Notes: generated by a model not told the origin, from the letters alone. A DNA stretch of 64,000 nt from Promethearchaeota archaeon (GCA_030603385.1 JAUVXW010000006.1:85220-149219), one strand, 5' to 3'. Numbered from the stretch's first letter, positions 9,375 to 20,007 are shown. Numbers and translations: made by a program.

Positions 9375-10367
9375 ATGGATTACTCTGATTTAACTAAAAG
9401 CTTAATAAAAGGCAATACTCGTGCTGCGGCAAGGTTAATTACTATTGTAGAAAATGATATCGAAGCTGCTGAAGAAATAATAAATTCTATTTATCAGTAT
9501 ACAGGTAAAGCCTATATTTTAGGTGTAACTGGATCACCTGGTAGTGGGAAAAGCACTTTTATTTCAACATTAACTAAGAGTTATATTGACTTAGGTAAGA
9601 AAGTTGGAATTATTTGTGTTGATCCGACGTCTCCTTTAACAGGAGGAGCATTATTAGGAGATAGGATTCGTATGAAACAATATTTTTCATTAGATAATGT
9701 TTTTATTAGAAGTATGGCAAATCGAGGACAATTGGGTGGGTTGGCGAGAGCAACTGAAGATGTAATCAAAATATTAGATGCTTATGGATGTGATATAATA
9801 ATTGTTGAAACCGTCGGTGTTGGACAATCTGAGGTTGATATCTTTAAATCTGCTCACACGGTGGTGGTTTTAGTAGTTCCTGGATTAGGAGACGAAATTC
9901 AAGCAATTAAAGCAGGTATAATGGAAATTACTGATGTTTTCGTTGTTAACAAGATGGACTTGCCTGGAGCAGATAAAAAAGTGGCTGATATCATGCAGAT
10001 GCTAGAATTTAAAAAGAGTTATAAATATGAATCTGAAGATATCAGTGATAAATTTGCCAAAATAAATCAATGGACACCAGAGATCACGAAAGTTAACTCA
10101 AAAACAGGAGAAAATTTTGATAAGCTACTCAAACTGATAAATAAACACAAAACCTTTTTACAAGATTCAGGAGTTATCTCAAATTATATGAAAAATCGAA
10201 TTAAAAGCGAAACAATCCAGATTTTAAAATATAAATTAACCAAAAAAGCCGAAGAATTAATAAATTCTAATAATAAAATTGAGGAATTTATTGAAAAAGC
10301 AATTAAAAAGTCTTTGGATCCTTATTCTTTAGCGGGAGAAATTTTAAAACTCTTTTTTGAAAAATAG
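9375..10367 (+). CDS. meaB: MeaB/ArgK G-protein chaperone of B12 mutases
   Basis: GSPGSGKST, VDPTSPLTGGALLGDRIRM, VETVGVGQSE and NKMD motifs; directly downstream of the mutase subunits. Confidence 0.95.
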   Translation: MDYSDLTKSLIKGNTRAAARLITIVENDIEAAEEIINSIYQYTGKAYILGVTGSPGSGKSTFISTLTKSYIDLGKKVGIICVDPTSPLTGGALLGDRIRMKQYFSLDNVFIRSMANRGQLGGLARATEDVIKILDAYGCDIIIVETVGVGQSEVDIFKSAHTVVVLVVPGLGDEIQAIKAGIMEITDVFVVNKMDLPGADKKVADIMQMLEFKKSYKYESEDISDKFAKINQWTPEITKVNSKTGENFDKLLKLINKHKTFLQDSGVISNYMKNRIKSETIQILKYKLTKKAEELINSNNKIEEFIEKAIKKSLDPYSLAGEILKLFFEK

Positions 10368-10372
10368 ATCAA

Positions 10373-10627
10373 TTAGGATTTCTTTTTTGGGTCAATCCAT
10401 TCAGAATAAATTTCTATAAGTGTCAAAGATTTACTCCTCTGGCATTTCTCGCATTCTTCATCTGTGAGTTTTTTGAATACAAAATCTCCAGCTTTGAATT
10501 GTCTTAAGAAATCCGCTTGACATGCACTGCATTTTATAACACTATGCTTTTTCTCAACAAATCTTTTCTTTCGGTCTAATATATCTCCCACCGCAGGAAT
10601 TGGGGGAAACTGTGGCTCGTCGCTCAT
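10373..10627 (-). CDS. Small archaeal zinc-finger protein of unknown function
   Basis: CSAC...RQFKAGDFVFK...CEKC...IEIY, with two CxxC pairs. Confidence 0.7.
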   Translation of the reverse strand: MSDEPQFPPIPAVGDILDRKKRFVEKKHSVIKCSACQADFLRQFKAGDFVFKKLTDEECEKCQRSKSLTLIEIYSEWIDPKKKS

Positions 10628-10764
10628 TGTGTGTTTACCTTATTTATTATTTCAAAAATAGTGTTATTCTAATTATTATTATGTAATAAAACAATACAAT
10701 CCTATTAACTTTTTAGGTTTAATTCTAAAATATTAAAAATTAAATTAAGAAAAAAAATTTGATT

Positions 10765-12477
10765 TTAAATTACGAACCAATAATAAAAGCAAACTGCGCC
10801 TATTAAAAATGCTAAAACTACCCAGAAATATCGTAAATGCTTCGCATAATTTCTATGTCGACGTCCTTGTTCTGTTTCAATAGTATCTACTTGAATATAT
10901 GGTGAAGGTCCTCTTCTATACCATCCTTTTATTCTGACTCGCTGTCCTACAATTTTTCTGACAGTTCTAAGGGCGAAGATCATATCTACAATGCCAATGC
11001 CGAACCGATAATCCACGTAAAGCAAGCCACTTTCATCTTGAAAATACATATCATCGCTGAAGTAATACCCTGGAACTCCTCTTCCAACAATTTTTCCCTC
11101 TATAATTGCAGGTACTGATCTCATTGGACTTGCTTTTACATTAGTTACGAGGTCAACTACTTTTTTCGGTTCAAAACCACTCTTATACATATACTTTATT
11201 TTTATTATCGAACCAAAGCCAATTAAATAGAAGCCAATTGCCCACATTAACAAAATAAATTTCGCATTTAAGAAGGGTATTGTAATAAGTTCAGCGAGGC
11301 TAAAGAGCCATGCAATTGTTACTCCAAGTAGCGCAACAAAGATAAGAGTAGGAAGTGCCTTCATAAATATATCCCAGAGGAATTGATCCCACAATGTTTT
11401 TCCTGCTTGTTCTTCTGCAATTTCTTTTGCGTGAGAGAAATCAATCTCAGGTTTTTTACCGTAAAATTCGCACTGCTCGTTCAGTCGCTGAATTCTTCTT
11501 GCAGGTAATGGGTGTGTAGAGAGAAATTGGAAATATTTTGCCCAAGGGTTATATAAATCCCATGCTGCAGCTGCTTCAATAGCGTCCATAGATAGAACTC
11601 CTTTAGTAGTTACACTTATAATACCTAAACCTTTTGCTGTGTTTGGATCAAAAATTCCTAATCCCCTAAGGGCTCGAACTTTTGATCTATTTCTTTCTTT
11701 AACATTTGTGTTAATATCTCTGTCGACTAATAATCCGTAAGCAATCTTAACTAGGCCTGTTGATAAAGCATTCGGATCTTCCAACACTTCTGCTGCATGT
11801 TGGTCAGCGTAATACTCACGAACCCTACTTACCATTAGTGATATTAAATATCCTAAATAGTAGCTAATGTAGGATAACACTGCGACTGCAATTAATAAAA
11901 GATATAAAACGTTAGCATCGTCATCACTTGAACGTCTTCTTCCTGAAAACATACTTGTATACCAAGCCCACCTCGCAATCGTTAACAATACTAATGGTAT
12001 CGCAAAGACAATCGTCATAATTATGAAATCCGAATGCACTACATGACCTAATTCATGTGAAAAAACCGCATTCTGCTCTTTTTCATTTAGATATTCTAAG
12101 ATCCCATCCGTAATAACAACTCTAGCATTGTTTTTGGTGTGACCAAAAGTAAAAGCATTTGGATTTAGATCATGAATTATACCAAACCGAGGCCGCTTTA
12201 TACCGTTATATGCTACTACTTTATCGAGAGAATCTGCCATATGAGGAAAGCGCGCAGCAAATTCTTCATAAGGAATCCAATCGATTCTATAAATCCACTG
12301 AATTATATAAGGTGATATTCCATATTGAAACAAGATTATAAGCAATGTGAACCCAACCATGAATATTAAGCCGAATAAGTTAGAAGGCAAGAACCATACA
12401 CCAATTACAAACACAACTGCGTAAAGAAGTGCAAATAAGGCAGTTATAGCCATTCCTGAAGCCAATCTTAATCCTAT
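10765..12477 (-). CDS. htpX: HtpX-like M48 membrane zinc metalloprotease with a C-terminal OB-fold-like extension
   Basis: PNAFTFG, HELGH (HExxH), SRVREYYAD and STHP motifs with several transmembrane segments. Start probably ATA 12477 (see findings); the ORF track uses TTG 12465. Confidence 0.88.
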   Translation of the reverse strand: MGLRLASGMAITALFALLYAVVFVIGVWFLPSNLFGLIFMVGFTLLIILFQYGISPYIIQWIYRIDWIPYEEFAARFPHMADSLDKVVAYNGIKRPRFGIIHDLNPNAFTFGHTKNNARVVITDGILEYLNEKEQNAVFSHELGHVVHSDFIIMTIVFAIPLVLLTIARWAWYTSMFSGRRRSSDDDANVLYLLLIAVAVLSYISYYLGYLISLMVSRVREYYADQHAAEVLEDPNALSTGLVKIAYGLLVDRDINTNVKERNRSKVRALRGLGIFDPNTAKGLGIISVTTKGVLSMDAIEAAAAWDLYNPWAKYFQFLSTHPLPARRIQRLNEQCEFYGKKPEIDFSHAKEIAEEQAGKTLWDQFLWDIFMKALPTLIFVALLGVTIAWLFSLAELITIPFLNAKFILLMWAIGFYLIGFGSIIKIKYMYKSGFEPKKVVDLVTNVKASPMRSVPAIIEGKIVGRGVPGYYFSDDMYFQDESGLLYVDYRFGIGIVDMIFALRTVRKIVGQRVRIKGWYRRGPSPYIQVDTIETEQGRRHRNYAKHLRYFWVVLAFLIGAVCFYYWFVI

Positions 12478-12632
12478 TATTTTTCACCTATAGTTAGTAA
12501 AATCTTTTAAATTTTTTAGTATAAATTTCTCTAATTTATTATTAAATTGGGATTATGTAATATTGTAAAATCAAATTAATATTCTTTTAGGTTCAATTTA
12601 AAAGAAGTCAAATTAATAAAGATAATTATGAC

Positions 12633-13466
12633 TTAAGTTGATTTTTCGTTTTCCTTATCTTTTTTATGCTTCTTTGATTTCTTTTCTTTAACTTTTTTTT
12701 CATGAGGTTCTTCTTCAAACTCAGTTTCTTCTAAATCAGATCCTTCAGCTTCTACTTCTTCAACTACTTCTTCCTTCGGTTCTGGTTCAGGAGGTTTAGG
12801 TTTTCGGGAGACTACTACTTTAGTATAACGTATAACTTCCTTACCATACTTAAAACCATCTTGAATGATTTCGACAATGCTATTCTCTGGTAAGTCTTCT
12901 TTTTCGACTGAAGTTAACGCTTCATGTAGACTATAATCGAAGGCATCATTAACTTTAACCCCAATTGGTTCAGCCCCATATGATTTGAAAACATTCATAA
13001 ATTGACTATAAAAACCATTAAGGATATTTTTTTCAGTTTCATTCGCACTATTAATAGCTTTCTTAAACGAGTCATATAAAGGCAAGAATCTCTTCAAGAC
13101 AGAAGCAGTATATTGAGTTCTTAAATCTTGTCGAGAATTATTCCAGCGCTTCTGAGCATTTTCAAATTCAGCTTGTAAATGCATGTATTTATTTTTAGAG
13201 TCATCGTTTTCTTTCTGTAATTTTTGGGATTTGTCTTTAATTTCTGTAAGTTCCTTCTCTAAATTTTTAACTTTTTCAAGAGTTTCTTCTTTGGAAAAAT
13301 ATTCTAATTCAAAATGTTCCTTTTCTTCAAGTAGTTTGACTTCTTCAGATTTTATAACACTTTTTAAATCAGACTCATCTTCAATATCTTCTTTTTCAGA
13401 GATACTTTTCATTTCTTCTGATGATGTTTCCTTTGTATCATTGTTGCTTTCTTCGGTCATATTCAA
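12633..13466 (-). CDS. grpE: Nucleotide exchange factor GrpE
   Basis: AEFENAQKR, FDYSLHEAL and IQDGFKYGKEVIR motifs; divergent from dnaK. Confidence 0.92.
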   Translation of the reverse strand: MNMTEESNNDTKETSSEEMKSISEKEDIEDESDLKSVIKSEEVKLLEEKEHFELEYFSKEETLEKVKNLEKELTEIKDKSQKLQKENDDSKNKYMHLQAEFENAQKRWNNSRQDLRTQYTASVLKRFLPLYDSFKKAINSANETEKNILNGFYSQFMNVFKSYGAEPIGVKVNDAFDYSLHEALTSVEKEDLPENSIVEIIQDGFKYGKEVIRYTKVVVSRKPKPPEPEPKEEVVEEVEAEGSDLEETEFEEEPHEKKVKEKKSKKHKKDKENEKST

Positions 13467-13685
13467 ATCCCTTAAATAAATATGAATATATGATTAAAAA
13501 TTGATTGTATTTTTTATTTTTTATGATATTGAGATCTTTATAAATAAAATTTTTAACTCTATTTTAATTAATATTTAATTAGCAATAGTAAATTTACAAA
13601 TTTATAAACATTAAATTATTAAATATTCGAAAACCTTTGAAATTTAGTAATACTCATGATTCTAAGAATAAGAGATGTTTGAAGT

Positions 13686-15701
13686 ATGAGTGAAGAAGAA
13701 AAAGAAGAACCAAGAAAAACTACTCACAAAGAGAAAATCATTGGGATTGATTTGGGAACGTCAAATAGCGCTTGTGCAGTTTTAGGCGGTACAGGTCAAC
13801 CCGAAATAATCCCAGCAGCCGAAGGACGAACTTTAGGTGGTAAAGCATTTCCTTCCTATGTCGCTTTTGATGAAAGTGGTCGCAAAATTGTTGGAGAACC
13901 AGCAAGACGCCAAGCGGTATCTAATCCTGATGGTACCATTACGGCAATTAAACGCAAAATGGGCACTAGCTACAAAGCGAAATTAAAGGTAGGGGATAAA
14001 ACTCAAGAATTCTCACCAGAAGAAATAAGCGCTATGATTCTTAAAAAAATAAAGACTGATGCATCAGCTTATTTAGGAGAAGAAGTTAAGAAAGCAGTCA
14101 TCACTGTTCCTGCTTATTTTAATGATGCACAACGAACTGCCACTAAAAATGCGGGTGAGATCGCCGGACTAGAAGTTGTTAGAATGATTAACGAACCTAC
14201 AGCGGCTTGCTTGGCTTATGGACTTGATAAAGATACAAAAGATAAGCTTATCAAAATCTGCGTTCTGGACCTCGGGGGCGGTACATTCGATATAACAATC
14301 ATGGAGTATGGATCTGGGGTGGTAGAAGTAATGTCAACCGCAGGAGACACTCGACTGGGAGGCACTGATATGGATAATGCTATTATTGACTGGGTGACTG
14401 AAGATTTTAAAAAGAAAGAGGGTATCGATTTAAAGGGTGATAGTAAAGCATGGATAAGAATTAAGGATGCTGGTGAAAAGGCAAAAATTGAATTATCTAC
14501 AACTTTATCAACTACTATAAATTTACCTTATTTGTCACAAAAAGAAGGCAACCCAGTGCATTTAACCATGGAGCTTACAAGAGCAAAATTAGAATCTTTG
14601 ATTGAACCTACACTCCGAAGACTGGATCCAATAATGCGAAGAGCTGTTTCTGATGCAAAGATATCGGTAAATGATGTAGAGAAGATTATTTTAGTAGGGG
14701 GACCTACTCGAATGCCTTCTGTTCAGGAGAGATTTAAGAAATTCTTTGGAAGAGAACCAGATCATTCAGTTGATCCTATGGAATGTGTCGCAATAGGCGC
14801 TTCAATACAAGCTGGTATTATTGCTGGTGATGTAGAAGACCTTCTCTTATTGGATGTTACTCCACTTTCATTAGGAGTTGAGACCCTTGGTGCAGTTTTT
14901 ACAAAATTAATAGAGAGAAATTCCACAATCCCAACAGAGAAAAGTCAAGTTTTTAGTACAGCAGCAGACAATCAACCAGCAGTTACTATAAATGTTCTTC
15001 AAGGAGAACGAGCAATGGCAAAAGATAATATTCCATTAGGCATGTTTCATTTGACAGGCATTCCTCCTGCTCGAAGGGGTATACCACAAATAGAAGTTAA
15101 GTTTTCCATTGACGCCGATGGTATTGTTCATGTCAACGCCAAAGATCTTGGTACAGGAAAAGAAACAGGAATAACAGTAACTGGCGCTCAAGGTTTAACT
15201 CCCGAGGAGATTGAAGAAAAGATTAGAACTGCTTCACAATTTGAAGAAGAAGATAAGAAAGTAAAGGAACTAGTCGAAGCAAAAAACACGGCCGATTCTA
15301 TGATTTATCAGACAAGAAAATTAATGGAAGATAATAAAGACAAGATCCAAGAAAATGAAAAGAACGAAATTGAAGCGGCAATAACATCATTGGAAGAAGA
15401 TATAAAATCTGAGGATGTAAGTCGAATTAAAATGGGTATTGAAAATCTCCAAAAATCCATGCATGGTTTTTCCCAAAGGATTTATCAAACTCAAGCACAA
15501 GATCAAGTTTATCAACAAGCAGCGGACCAAGCTCAACGAGCAGCTGGTGGTATGGGAGATATACCACCTGGTGGACTGGGTGGAGTCCCCCCGGGAGGTA
15601 TGGGTGACACGGGTGCTGGTGGAGCAACTTACAAATCAGATAAAGAAAAAGAAGAAGACAAGAAAAAGAAAGTCGTAGACGTGGACTGGGACGAGGATTG
15701 A
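13686..15701 (+). CDS. dnaK: Chaperone DnaK (Hsp70), monoderm/archaeal type
   Basis: [29 protein letters not shown] and [12 protein letters not shown] motifs. Lacks the N-terminal insertion of diderm DnaK and has a Gly/Pro/Met-rich tail. Confidence 0.98.
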   Translation: MSEEEKEEPRKTTHKEKIIGIDLGTSNSACAVLGGTGQPEIIPAAEGRTLGGKAFPSYVAFDESGRKIVGEPARRQAVSNPDGTITAIKRKMGTSYKAKLKVGDKTQEFSPEEISAMILKKIKTDASAYLGEEVKKAVITVPAYFNDAQRTATKNAGEIAGLEVVRMINEPTAACLAYGLDKDTKDKLIKICVLDLGGGTFDITIMEYGSGVVEVMSTAGDTRLGGTDMDNAIIDWVTEDFKKKEGIDLKGDSKAWIRIKDAGEKAKIELSTTLSTTINLPYLSQKEGNPVHLTMELTRAKLESLIEPTLRRLDPIMRRAVSDAKISVNDVEKIILVGGPTRMPSVQERFKKFFGREPDHSVDPMECVAIGASIQAGIIAGDVEDLLLLDVTPLSLGVETLGAVFTKLIERNSTIPTEKSQVFSTAADNQPAVTINVLQGERAMAKDNIPLGMFHLTGIPPARRGIPQIEVKFSIDADGIVHVNAKDLGTGKETGITVTGAQGLTPEEIEEKIRTASQFEEEDKKVKELVEAKNTADSMIYQTRKLMEDNKDKIQENEKNEIEAAITSLEEDIKSEDVSRIKMGIENLQKSMHGFSQRIYQTQAQDQVYQQAADQAQRAAGGMGDIPPGGLGGVPPGGMGDTGAGGATYKSDKEKEEDKKKKVVDVDWDED

Positions 15702-15867
15702 GCCCCAATCATTTAGTTAGATGATCTTCAGATAACATCATATAATCAACCATTTTTTACATTATTTATTTTATGTCTAATCTCAATAATTAGTAGGTGG
15801 TTTTAACAAATAATTGAATTTTTAGACGACTGTGTTTTTTATAGACCTAATTTAAAAATTAATTCTA

Positions 15868-16920
15868 TCATTGAGTAGTAACTCGGCGATTTTTATGATC
15901 AATTACGTTTTTACTAATTTCATTCTTATATTTATCAATATTCTCAATTCTTTCTAAGCAATAGAATTCCACTTCTCTTAAATCACTCTTATTTTGTTCA
16001 TCTTCAATATTTTCATTTAGAATAGCTAATACCCAATCTGTCAGATCTTCAAGGATTCTATAATAAAAATAAAAGAGGAGAACTTCCCTATTTAATTTTA
16101 TGTTTCCGTAAATTTTTTCATAACTGCTGAGAAAAAGAGTTGGGTTATCCCATAAATAAAACCAAAGATCATGTTCTTTAGGGGCTAATTTTACCCCATC
16201 CCAATCTATCAAAAATACATCATGGTTCTCATTTATAATTAAATTCAGATGGATGGGATCAGTATGACAAATTACAAAATCTGGTTCCTTTATTCTAATA
16301 GATTTACTCAATATAATTGTTTTTTTTAGTAATCTAAGAATTTCATTTTTCTTTGGTATTAATAATTTAGCTAGTTTTATTTTGTACTTATTATTTAGTC
16401 TTTTAATTTGTTCTAATATATTAATTCCATTAATTAATTCATCTTTAAATCCAACATTAAATTTCTCTTTAAGTGCCTTCTCTTGTTCTATTTTGTTTGT
16501 ATTTTTATGTACAGATGCAAGTAATTTCGAAACATTGACAAGTTCCTTATTGCTCAATTTAATATTATCTTGGTTTTTACCTTCGATAAAATTAAAAATA
16601 ACTAAGGGATTGTGCTCAAAATAAGTTTTCAATTCACCAGCTTTAGTTAATAGAGGGTAAGAGATGTGTTTTATAGAGCATTTAGTGTATAAATCATAAC
16701 AAACCCTTAAACTAAAATCTAAATTCTGAATACTGATCTTAGCAAGCCTAGTAGCGGGATATATTTTAATGAAGTATTTTTTATTCTCCTTGCATTGAGC
16801 CACAAAACTTAATCCTACCGCTCCTTTAGGCATATATTTGATTTCCTCAATTTCAAATCCATATTCTTTCAGAATTGTTTGCGTTAGTTTCTGTGTATTA
16901 ATTTTTGGTTCGATTTTCAT
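15868..16920 (-). CDS. Aminoglycoside phosphotransferase (APH)/choline kinase-like protein
   Basis: YFIKIY, CHTDPIHLN (Brenner-like HxDxxxxN) and LIDWD motifs. Confidence 0.85.
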   Translation of the reverse strand: MKIEPKINTQKLTQTILKEYGFEIEEIKYMPKGAVGLSFVAQCKENKKYFIKIYPATRLAKISIQNLDFSLRVCYDLYTKCSIKHISYPLLTKAGELKTYFEHNPLVIFNFIEGKNQDNIKLSNKELVNVSKLLASVHKNTNKIEQEKALKEKFNVGFKDELINGINILEQIKRLNNKYKIKLAKLLIPKKNEILRLLKKTIILSKSIRIKEPDFVICHTDPIHLNLIINENHDVFLIDWDGVKLAPKEHDLWFYLWDNPTLFLSSYEKIYGNIKLNREVLLFYFYYRILEDLTDWVLAILNENIEDEQNKSDLREVEFYCLERIENIDKYKNEISKNVIDHKNRRVTTQ

Positions 16921-17069
16921 TGTTTAATTTCCTTATTGAATAATTCATAAATTTATATGATTAACAATATAAAAATTCTATAGTTCTCTCACTATTCCAT
17001 TTTTTGAATCCCTTATCACTTTCTTGATTTCTGTTTTTTCCAACCACTTAATTTTAACGGATTATATAT

Positions 17070-17255
17070 TTATAATACTTTTATCCAGGGCCAAAGTTCT
17101 CTTGATAAGTCGAAATTAAATCGCTTGTATATTGTTCTCGCCTCTTCTGTTGGTTGGTCATAAGCAGTTTGTGCTAATGCTTTAGGTAATCCTCTTTCTT
17201 TCATAGATTTTAATAAATGATAAAATAATGTGGATCCAATACCCTTTCTCCTGTG
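17070..17255 (-). pseudogene. C-terminal fragment of a GNAT acetyltransferase (paralog of 19956-20933)
   Basis: RRKGIGSTLFYHLLKSMKERGLPKA...YKRFNFDLSRELWPWIKVL closely matches the end of the intact GNAT; the N-terminal ~260 aa are missing. Confidence 0.85.
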
Positions 17256-17356
17256 CCAAGATAATTTACAATGCGGTAAGTACACCTTATAATTTTGAAC
17301 AAGAAAGGGAATACATTTCCCCTTTAATAGAAAGAAAATATATTCTATTTTTTATA

Positions 17357-18151
17357 TCAGTTTTTTCTTGCTTTAACTATTATCGTTGCAGGTACCATAT
17401 TTAATACTTCAATGGGGTAATAATCCGCAGAAGTACCCTCCATAAATTTTTCTTCTACTGGTTCAGGTTCAACGATTTTCTCAATATAAAAACCAGTCTT
17501 TATTAAGCTATTAATTATATCACCAATAGTTGGTAATTTATAATTAATTGTTAATCCTGTGTTGCCATCCTTTTCCAGAATGTCTCTCTGGAAATAACTT
17601 AACTTAAGTTTTAAATCATTAGGATTTGGAGAGTCTCCTAAACAATTATAAAACGGATGTCCCATACTAAATACTAGTATTCCTGTTTTCTTGAGAATCC
17701 GGAAAGCTTCCTTAAAAACCTCATCGAGATTTTGAACCCAATCGAAAACACAAGCAGAAAAAGCGATATCCATATTTTCATCATCAAACATACTCAAATT
17801 TTCTATGTCACCCTGCAAAAAATTAACAGTAACATCATTTTTCTTGGCCAAATTCTTAGCAAACTTGATTTGTTCTTCAGATAGATCAATTCCAGTACAT
17901 TTTGCACCTTTCTTTGTAAGAGCTATCGAGCATTGACCTCCCCCACAACCGAGTTCAATGATTTCTTTTCCTTGTACTTCACCCAAAAGGTTAAGATCCT
18001 CCTCGGTCGGACAACTAGGACCATAATGAATATAGTCTGTTGATAACTTTTGCCTTTTTTGATATGCTAAGGCGTCGGTATTCCAGTGTTCTTTAATGCG
18101 TTTTTTATACTTAATCTTTATTTCCTCTATCTCTTTATCTTTTCCTCTCAT
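17357..18151 (-). CDS. Class I SAM-dependent methyltransferase
   Basis: IELGCGGG, GIDLSEEQI and RILKKTG motifs. Confidence 0.92.
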   Translation of the reverse strand: MRGKDKEIEEIKIKYKKRIKEHWNTDALAYQKRQKLSTDYIHYGPSCPTEEDLNLLGEVQGKEIIELGCGGGQCSIALTKKGAKCTGIDLSEEQIKFAKNLAKKNDVTVNFLQGDIENLSMFDDENMDIAFSACVFDWVQNLDEVFKEAFRILKKTGILVFSMGHPFYNCLGDSPNPNDLKLKLSYFQRDILEKDGNTGLTINYKLPTIGDIINSLIKTGFYIEKIVEPEPVEEKFMEGTSADYYPIEVLNMVPATIIVKARKN

Positions 18152-18268
18152 TTTCAGCCGATATCTTTATATTTTATACAGAAAAAAATCCTTTTTTTAT
18201 ATAATAGTTTTCGAATCTCATATATGTTTTACCAAACCCATAGATCTCTTTAGCAGTCAAAATTAAAA
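18120..18268. repeat. Diverged direct repeat, copy 1 (GNAT 3' remnant, intergenic spacer and methyltransferase 5' end)
   Basis: Aligns with ~19857-20007; shared tctttatcttt, atatctttatatttt, ttatataata, ttttcgaatctcata, ccaaaccca and gtcaaaattaaaa. Confidence 0.8.
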
Positions 18269-18465
18269 TTTTAACTTGATTATATTCAATTTTTTATATC
18301 GATTCATTCAATTTGATTAAGGATTTAATCTAAGATTTAATTACTAATTTCAGAATGTTTTCTGAATGATTGTTTATTATAACCTTTCAAAACTAATTAT
18401 CAAGCATAAAAGATAAAAATGAATTTATCATTATTAGAAATACAATAAACCAGAGGATTCATAAA

Positions 18466-19260
18466 TTGTCGAAAGGACTTGAAATTTGTCCAGAATGTGG
18501 TGGAAAAATCATTCTTAGTTCTTTTGAGAAGATATGTGAAAGATGTGGATTAGGAATTGAAAAAAATGCTTATAAAAAAGAAAATAGAAAAACAGTAATC
18601 CCTAAGGGTATAAATGCACCTTTAAAAGAAATTTCGATTCATCTTAATCTCAATGTAAATATTAGACATTATGCAGTTTATTACTATAAAAAAATAATTG
18701 AAGCTGATGAGAAAACAGGTTTTAATCTTCCACTACTTGCATATTGTATTTTTTATTCAATAAGAAAACACTATCAAAATATTTCAATTACACTTAATGA
18801 TATTGCTAAAGCTTTTCAAAACTTTGGGTACAATCTAAATTCTAGGTCAATATTAAAAGAGGGATCAAAGAATATGCACTATTTACATGTTAATTCATCT
18901 TCTAACAGAAGCGAAGATTACCTTATAAGATTAGTAGATATGGTTATAAAACACTCTGAAATTCCAAAGAGATTAGCAAAATTAGGAGTGAAATGGCTAA
19001 GACGTGAATTTCAAAATAAATTATTGATGAAGTCTCGTGAAATCTTAAAAGAATTACCTTTTAGTCAAAGATGCGTGATAAATCCTTTTATATTAACAGG
19101 AGCGATTATTTATCTTGCAGATAAATTAATAGCTCAAGAATACAAACAGAAATCCATTTTAACACAGAGAATAATATCAGAAGCAACACATATTGCTGAA
19201 TATTCTATCAGCGACCATTATATAAATTTATTAAAACCTATTTTTTTTAATAGTAAATAG
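18466..19260 (+). CDS. Divergent TFB/TFIIB-like protein (zinc ribbon plus cyclin-like repeats)
   Basis: N-terminal CPECGG...CERCG ribbon, then helical repeats with TFB-like segments (ITLNDIAKAF; GAIIYLA...LTQRIISEATHIAEYSI). Confidence 0.75.
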   Translation: MSKGLEICPECGGKIILSSFEKICERCGLGIEKNAYKKENRKTVIPKGINAPLKEISIHLNLNVNIRHYAVYYYKKIIEADEKTGFNLPLLAYCIFYSIRKHYQNISITLNDIAKAFQNFGYNLNSRSILKEGSKNMHYLHVNSSSNRSEDYLIRLVDMVIKHSEIPKRLAKLGVKWLRREFQNKLLMKSREILKELPFSQRCVINPFILTGAIIYLADKLIAQEYKQKSILTQRIISEATHIAEYSISDHYINLLKPIFFNSK

Positions 19261-19264
19261 AGTT

Positions 19265-19888
19265 TCATTTAAACAGGAGATATTGAAGCATGAAACCTGC
19301 CTTATTTCTTGCTGAGATTTTGAATTCTAAAGATTTTGTCATTTTTTCAAATTTTTCAAGATTATAACTAAAAATCCAATCTCTCTCTTGAGTATAAGGG
19401 TTATTGGGATTAGGAATATCAATGAAACAATGTCCATCAGGCATGAGGACTCTATTTATTTCTAATAAAACAGCTTTTGCATATTCTAAGGGATAATATT
19501 CTATCATCCCTATACATACAACCCAGTTGAAAATTCCATCAGGATAAGGTAAATTTTCGGCAGTACCCTCACTTATCTTTTCTATATTTTTTTCAATTCC
19601 TTCTTGTTTGACTTTAATTCTTAGTTTCTCGAGCATTTTTGGAGATTGATCAATTCCATAACATATAGCACCCATTTTCGCCATTTCAATTAAGAATGTC
19701 CCCGTTCCGGTACCAATATCCAAAATAATATCACCAGGTTTTATTTTGACAAATTTTTTAAAACCTTCGAATTCCTCTAATGCATTTTCACCATTCCACC
19801 ACCCGTTATCATAATCATTCGCATGATCGTCGTAAAATTTCTTTCTAAATTTCTTTATTTCCTTAATTTCTTTATCTTTTCTCTTCAT
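19265..19888 (-). CDS. Class I SAM-dependent methyltransferase (UbiE-like)
   Basis: LDIGTGTG, GIDQSPKML, AENLPY and RVLMPDG motifs. Confidence 0.92.
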   Translation of the reverse strand: MKRKDKEIKEIKKFRKKFYDDHANDYDNGWWNGENALEEFEGFKKFVKIKPGDIILDIGTGTGTFLIEMAKMGAICYGIDQSPKMLEKLRIKVKQEGIEKNIEKISEGTAENLPYPDGIFNWVVCIGMIEYYPLEYAKAVLLEINRVLMPDGHCFIDIPNPNNPYTQERDWIFSYNLEKFEKMTKSLEFKISARNKAGFMLQYLLFK

Positions 19889-20007
19889 TCTCGTGCAATA
19901 TCTTTATATTTTGTGCAGAAAAAATACCTTTTCCTTATATAATACTTTTCGAATCTCATAACTTTTTTACCCAAACCCAAAGTTCTCTTGATAGGTCAAA
20001 ATTAAAA
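19857..20007. repeat. Diverged direct repeat, copy 2
   Basis: Counterpart of 18120-18268. Confidence 0.8.

Noticed and set aside
13467-13685. CIRCE heat-shock operator between grpE and dnaK
   Set aside because: Only partial TTAGCA/TTAGTA matches are present; there is no TTAGCACTC-N9-GAGTGCTAA inverted repeat.
15427-15708. Alternative-frame and antisense ORFs over the dnaK 3' end, and the other 60-137 aa shadow ORFs in the track
   Set aside because: They overlap well-supported genes and show no motifs; they are by-products of codon bias.
17250-17290. Second BHB intron at the junction of the GNAT fragment
   Set aside because: An apparent small insertion exists, but I could not build a BHB fold and the upstream sequence is not GNAT-homologous, so it is a pseudogene remnant.
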